Below are positions 59,074 through 64,000 of a DNA stretch of 64,000 nt, piece after piece. The notes below the pieces were generated by a model that did no database searches, had not been told where the DNA came from, and saw only the letters and a list, made by a program, of their open reading frames with translations. This DNA comes from Promethearchaeota archaeon (lineage in GTDB: Archaea; Asgardarchaeota; Lokiarchaeia; Sigyniarchaeales; SOKP01), in contig JAHPZA010000003.1 of NCBI GenBank assembly GCA_019058445.1, positions 250,810 through 314,809 of the forward strand, read 5' to 3'. Numbering within the stretch: the stretch's first letter is position 1; every line of letters begins with the position of its first letter. The translations under genes were made by a program, and so were the position numbers.

Positions 59074-60261
59074 GTGATGATTTGGAATCCTATTGAACGA
59101 TTCTTATGGGGGTTAGCGACAGCAATTCTAATATTATGTGGCCTACTATATTTTAAAAGAAGTTTGGAACGGGATGATAATAAAGAAAGGAATTATCTAA
59201 TAGGTTTTGGAATAGTCTTCATTTCTATGGCTATAACTAGATGTATTTTTATTCTTGCTGATTTGCAAATTCAAGGACATTTTATAGATAATGCATTTTA
59301 TGGGGATATTTATGCATCAAATAATTCAAATTACTGGATAATGATTAAAACAGGAAATATTATTTGGAATATATGTGTATTAATTTTTTTATTCACTTTA
59401 CCATTAAACTCCAAACGTATCAAATATACTCTTTTGACAATACAATTTGTTTTTTTGCTATTAATTATTTTTACTCCAGATCAAATATCTCATGAAATTG
59501 ATAGTATTGAGGTTATCTTTTTTTTCTTAGTTTTTTATATAAATTTAATTTCTTTAACTAAAAAATCAAGACTTGAATTAAAGGGTATCTCATCAATATT
59601 ATTATTTGGAATGAATATCCATCTTATTGGTGTTATATTTTATTCTCCAGAAATAAAAAGTCTTAATACAGCACCCTTAATATTAGCCCCATTACTTACC
59701 TTAATTGGTAGTCTAATTTCTATAATTCCTATGATAATAAAACAAATCTATTATACAAACGCTTTAAAATTTTGGTTAGTTCTTGGAATCACTACTATTG
59801 TAATATCAAGTTTTATGGCATTTTATTTTATATATCTAGGGCTTATAGTCTTTTTTATTTTAGCAATAATATCAATTTTAATTTTAATCTATATATTTTA
59901 CCAGGCAATAATTAATATTGAATTTGAAGCTAAATCAGATATAGAAGTAGAACATGAAGATATGTTGGGTATATTTACCAGACCTGATAAAATTAATGAA
60001 GAGGATATATCACTTTCTATAGAAAAAAAAATTTGTTTAGTTTGTAAAGGAAAAGTATCAAGATTTAATAGTTATATATGTGAATGCTATGTTTTATATT
60101 GTGAAAAATGTGCTCAGGCATTATCGAACTTAGAAAATGCATGCTGGGTCTGCAATGCTCCCTTTGACGAGTCAAAACCAGTGAAAGAATATAAAAACAT
60201 AGAAGAAAAAACAGATGCTGGATTTTTGGATATGATTAAAAAAAATTCAAAAGTTAATTAA
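59074..60261 (+). CDS. Multipass membrane protein with C-terminal C4C4 RING-like zinc finger
   Basis: About nine hydrophobic helices, then CLVC-x11-CEC-x4-CEKC-x10-CWVC. Confidence 0.8.
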   Translation: MMIWNPIERFLWGLATAILILCGLLYFKRSLERDDNKERNYLIGFGIVFISMAITRCIFILADLQIQGHFIDNAFYGDIYASNNSNYWIMIKTGNIIWNICVLIFLFTLPLNSKRIKYTLLTIQFVFLLLIIFTPDQISHEIDSIEVIFFFLVFYINLISLTKKSRLELKGISSILLFGMNIHLIGVIFYSPEIKSLNTAPLILAPLLTLIGSLISIIPMIIKQIYYTNALKFWLVLGITTIVISSFMAFYFIYLGLIVFFILAIISILILIYIFYQAIINIEFEAKSDIEVEHEDMLGIFTRPDKINEEDISLSIEKKICLVCKGKVSRFNSYICECYVLYCEKCAQALSNLENACWVCNAPFDESKPVKEYKNIEEKTDAGFLDMIKKNSKVN

Positions 60262-60357
60262 GAATTTTCTAAAAACTAATTATAATAAATCGATTGATAA
60301 ATTAGGTTTGAATTTAATTAAAAAAAGATAAAAAAAAATTGATCTAATTAATAGTTT

Positions 60358-61752
60358 TTATAATTTCATTTCAATTAATTTTGCCTTGTTTTGTTTAACC
60401 TTATCTGGTGTTATGTCATAGAATTTCCAAAAGATTAAGACTCCAATACCTATATATATGGCTGGTAAAAGTCCAAAGTGTAATTGAATTCCAAATAAGG
60501 CACTCTCAGGTTGTGTAGCAGCGCCCTCCACGAACCCTGTAAGCGTATGTACGAGAGCTAGTGTTACTGCTTGAATTACTCTTGCTAAATTGAGGAAAAA
60601 TTGACGAAATCCTCCATATGTAGATTCTCTTCGCTTTTCGGACATAACTACGGATTCATCAATCACATCGCTAAAAACTGGTGTTATCATAACCCAAAAA
60701 CCTCCAAATGCAAGACCGTACAAGAAGAGCACTATCAAATCACCGGTTAAATTCGTCATAAAGGTTAAAGGAGCTGCAGTTATTGCCATAAGAGTAGCAC
60801 TGTAGATCCAGGTTTTTCGATTATCTTGAGTCTTATTTGTCCATCTGATCCATAATGGAAGTGAGATTAATCCTCCAAAAAAAAATGCTAATATAAGAAA
60901 AGTTACAACCTCCGGGTCTACGTTTAAGATAAATCTAGTATGGTAATATACTGAAGCCAGCATTAACTGAACCATTGCCTGATATAAAATATATAATAAT
61001 AGATATGCCAGATAATTTTTATGTGATAAAACAAATTTTACTGATTTAAAAAAGGATTCTCTCTCCTGTTTCTCATAACTAACCAGAAAATGTTCTACTG
61101 TTTCTTTATCATCAGTTATACCGGCATACATAAGAAACCAGACACCAACACTAATTCCTACGCATACCCACGCCATTATTGCATAAGAGCTAATATTTCC
61201 AAAATCTATAATCATTGGGGGGACTACAAATGACAAAATTACTCCAATAAAACCAAAATATACTTCAAAAGTAGATAGTATCCTACGCTCTCCCTGGTCT
61301 CTGTATTTGTCTGGGCCAAGAGCCCAATAATTCACCGTAAAAAAAGATTCGACGGTATCAAATAAACATGTAGAAAAAACAAGCCAACCAAATAAACCCA
61401 ATTGAGAATTTTGAACAAAATTTGGCGGAGAAAACACAAGTAGAAAACAGAATATCATTGGAATGAAGAAAACAGCGATAAATGGAAATCTGCGTCCCCA
61501 TTTTTTAGTCCATCTGAAAGGACGATCGGTCAAATATCCGACTACGGGATCATTAAATGCATCGTAAACAGCATAAATAGCTACCCCGAGTCCAGCCAAT
61601 AATGAGTTTAATCCAAGTTCTGCTTCATAGAAGAAAAAAATCAGAATACTAAGCACACCCTGAATTAATTCAATTGCTATGCTTGCCGTATTAAACGAAG
61701 CCATATTTTTTTTAGAATGTAATATTATTGGTGCTTCTTTTCTTTCACTCAT
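60358..61752 (-). CDS. GPH/MelB-like MFS transporter, paralogue 7
   Basis: YDAFNDP..WGRRFPF; DVIDE..KRRESTY. Confidence 0.92.
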   Translation of the reverse strand: MSERKEAPIILHSKKNMASFNTASIAIELIQGVLSILIFFFYEAELGLNSLLAGLGVAIYAVYDAFNDPVVGYLTDRPFRWTKKWGRRFPFIAVFFIPMIFCFLLVFSPPNFVQNSQLGLFGWLVFSTCLFDTVESFFTVNYWALGPDKYRDQGERRILSTFEVYFGFIGVILSFVVPPMIIDFGNISSYAIMAWVCVGISVGVWFLMYAGITDDKETVEHFLVSYEKQERESFFKSVKFVLSHKNYLAYLLLYILYQAMVQLMLASVYYHTRFILNVDPEVVTFLILAFFFGGLISLPLWIRWTNKTQDNRKTWIYSATLMAITAAPLTFMTNLTGDLIVLFLYGLAFGGFWVMITPVFSDVIDESVVMSEKRRESTYGGFRQFFLNLARVIQAVTLALVHTLTGFVEGAATQPESALFGIQLHFGLLPAIYIGIGVLIFWKFYDITPDKVKQNKAKLIEMKL

Positions 61753-61820
61753 TTTCTAATACCTCTTATAGGTTTTTCCTATTTTTTTCATTAAATTTGT
61801 TATTTTCTAGTTTATTTTTC

Positions 61821-61836
61821 AGATAAATAAATATTT
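61821..61836 (-). promoter_or_regulatory. 16-bp promoter element AAATATTTATTTATCT, identical upstream of paralogues 7 and 8
   Basis: agataaataaatattt at 61821..61836 and 63427..63442, each 66-69 bp from the start codon; GAGGT RBS in both. Confidence 0.6.
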
Positions 61837-61966
61837 ATAACTAACTCCTTTTTTTCAGAAAATCTTGTATAGTTAAACTTGTATAACATTGCAAAATTTA
61901 AGGTTTTATTAAATGAAATGATTCGAAATGAAAAAAGGAAAAAAAAGAGGAATTAATTAATTTCTT

Positions 61967-63361
61967 TTATAATTTTTTCTCGATTAATTTTGCCTTGTTT
62001 TCTTGTACTTTGCTTGGCGTTAAATCATAGAATTTCCAAAATATTAATACCCCAATGGCAAGGTAAATTGCAGGAATAAGACCAAAATGTAATTGGATGC
62101 CAAATACTGCCAAAGGAGACTGTTTGCTGGCACCTTCCACAAAACCTGTAAGTTCATGTACAAAGGCCAAGGTTAGTGCTTGTATCACTCTCGCTAAATT
62201 GACGAAGAATTGGCGAAGACCCCCATAGGTGGATTCTTTTCTTCGTTCAGAATTCACTACTGACTCATCAATAACATCACTATATGTGGGCGTAATCATT
62301 ATCCAAAAACCTCCGAATGCCAGCCCCCATAGAAAAAGAATAACCAAATCAGCAATTAAACTTGCCATAAAGGTTAAAGGTGCGGCAAATATCACCATAA
62401 AAGTAGCAGAAAGTAACCAAGTTTTTCTATTATCTTGTGTTTTTTCAGTATACTTTTTCCAGAATGGAATTGAGATTAATGAACCAAGAAATAATGTCAA
62501 AATTAGAAGTGTTACTACTTCTTCTTGTTCCTTTATGACAAATCTGGTATGATAAAACACAGAGGCTTGCATTAACTGTATCATCGCCTGATATAAAATA
62601 TATAAAATTAGAAATGCTATGTAGTTCTTATGGGTGACAACTGATTTTAAAGACTTAAAAAAGGGTTCCCTTTCTTGGTTTTCAGCATTTGCCAAGTAAT
62701 TATCAACTGTTTCTTGGTCATCTCTTATGCCAGGTAGCATAACAAACCAAACTATAGAACTAATTGCAACGCAAATCCAAGCCATTAGGGCGTAAGAACT
62801 GATATCTCCAAAATTAATTATCATGGGAGGAATAACAAAGGATAATATTACACCAATGAATCCTAAGTAAACTGTAAAAGATGACGCAGTCCTACGCTCT
62901 TCTTGGTCTCTAAATTTATCTGGTGCTATACTCCAGTAATTCACAGTGAAAAAAGACTCAACTGTATCAAAAAGACATGTTGAAAACACTAGCCAACCAA
63001 AAATACCCATTTGGGACCCTTGAATTGCTGTTGGGGGAGAAAAAACTAGTAAAAAGCAGAGAAGCATTGGTATAAAAAATATAGCAACGAATGGAAATCT
63101 TCTTCCCCATTTTTTTGTCCACCTAAATGGACGGTCAGTTAACCATCCTATGAGAGGATCATTAAACGCATCATACACGGCATAAATTAAAATACCCATA
63201 CCAGCGAGAAATGAACTCAATCCAAGTTCGGTTTCATAAAAGAAAAAAATCAATATACTTAGAACTCCTTGAATCAATTCTATAGCTATACTTGCTGAAG
63301 TCATGGAAGCCATAATCTTCTTAGAATGTTTTATTGCTGGTACTCCCTTAATTTCACTCAC
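61967..63361 (-). CDS. GPH/MelB-like MFS transporter, paralogue 8
   Basis: YDAFNDP..WGRRFPF; DVIDE..RRKESTY; GTG start. Confidence 0.92.
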   Translation of the reverse strand: MSEIKGVPAIKHSKKIMASMTSASIAIELIQGVLSILIFFFYETELGLSSFLAGMGILIYAVYDAFNDPLIGWLTDRPFRWTKKWGRRFPFVAIFFIPMLLCFLLVFSPPTAIQGSQMGIFGWLVFSTCLFDTVESFFTVNYWSIAPDKFRDQEERRTASSFTVYLGFIGVILSFVIPPMIINFGDISSYALMAWICVAISSIVWFVMLPGIRDDQETVDNYLANAENQEREPFFKSLKSVVTHKNYIAFLILYILYQAMIQLMQASVFYHTRFVIKEQEEVVTLLILTLFLGSLISIPFWKKYTEKTQDNRKTWLLSATFMVIFAAPLTFMASLIADLVILFLWGLAFGGFWIMITPTYSDVIDESVVNSERRKESTYGGLRQFFVNLARVIQALTLAFVHELTGFVEGASKQSPLAVFGIQLHFGLIPAIYLAIGVLIFWKFYDLTPSKVQENKAKLIEKKL

Positions 63362-63555
63362 TCTTGAATACCTCTAAATAACTTTTTGTTTTTTTTATAA
63401 ATTTATTATTTTATATCTTGCTTTGTAGATAAATAAATATTTTGAACTTAGAGCTATTTTTAAGAAATTGTATAAAATTTAGCTTTTCTAATTTTTTAGA
63501 ATTTCATTTTTGGATATATGAAATTTTTAATATTTACGCTATATTTTCAATTCAC

Positions 63556-64000
63556 ATGAGTAAAAAACCTAACATCGTATCATTTATAACTCACGATCAG
63601 GGTCAATTTATCGGGTGTTATAATACACCTCAAATACCTAATTCGTTAAATACCCCAAATCTGGATAAATTAGCCTCAAAGGGCGTAAGATTTACAAATT
63701 ATTTTTGTACAGCTCCTCAATGTAGTCCTAGTCGAGGAAGTATTCAAACATCATTATATCCTCATCAGAATGGATTGATGGGACTTGTCAATAGAGGATG
63801 GACATTGCCACTTGAAAATAAGACGATACCAATGTATTTGAAAGAAAATGGATATTCCACTCATTTAATAGGGTTACAACATGAAAGTCTAAAACCATCT
63901 GATTTAGGATACGATACTCTTAGTGAGAGATTTTTTCATAAAGATCTCGAAATTGATTTTATGTATAATTGTAAATTAGTAGAAAACGAGTGTTTAAAGT
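63556..64000 (+). CDS. Sulfatase (formylglycine-dependent), truncated by the window end
   Basis: Manual translation MSKKPNIVSFITHDQG..TPNLDKLASKGVRF..PQCSPSRGSIQTSLYPHQNG; CxPxR signature. Absent from the ORF track because it has no stop. Confidence 0.92.
   Translation, partial: MSKKPNIVSFITHDQGQFIGCYNTPQIPNSLNTPNLDKLASKGVRFTNYFCTAPQCSPSRGSIQTSLYPHQNGLMGLVNRGWTLPLENKTIPMYLKENGYSTHLIGLQHESLKPSDLGYDTLSERFFHKDLEIDFMYNCKLVENECLK

Noticed and set aside
13154-62552. Other 60-143 aa ORFs nested in or antisense to annotated genes (for example 18946, 21721, 37302, 50626, 52773, 57400, 62229)
   Set aside because: They overlap well-supported CDSs and have no independent evidence.

Overview
AT-rich, gene-dense archaeal DNA whose protein families (roadblock/LC7-small GTPase fusions, longin-like domain, multipass membrane protein with a C4C4 RING-like finger, DUF2341/LamG surface proteins, GAGGT-type ribosome-binding sites, TATA boxes) point to an Asgard archaeon, probably Lokiarchaeia/Promethearchaeia (inferred by eye, no database search). 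1-13.4 kb is a tandem duplication of a divergent two-gene cassette: a large secreted/type-I membrane DUF2341+LamG+Ig-like repeat protein head-to-head with a cytoplasmic roadblock + Rab-like GTPase + degenerate GTPase-like + TPR fusion protein. This is the best candidate for an undescribed system. 13.6-23.4 kb holds a pair of membrane beta-helix proteins, uvsE, DUF genes, a racemase and an acyl-CoA ligase. 23.5-29.0 kb is a fucose cluster (GH29 fucosidase, L-fucose isomerase, two URO-D/MtaA-like proteins). The rest is a scavenging region with hydrolases, a G1PDH-like enzyme, eight GPH/MelB-like MFS paralogues plus a relic of a ninth, a longin-containing three-gene cluster, a PAS histidine kinase, a TM-RING protein and a truncated sulfatase. 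No rRNA, tRNA, CRISPR array or transposase was recognised.
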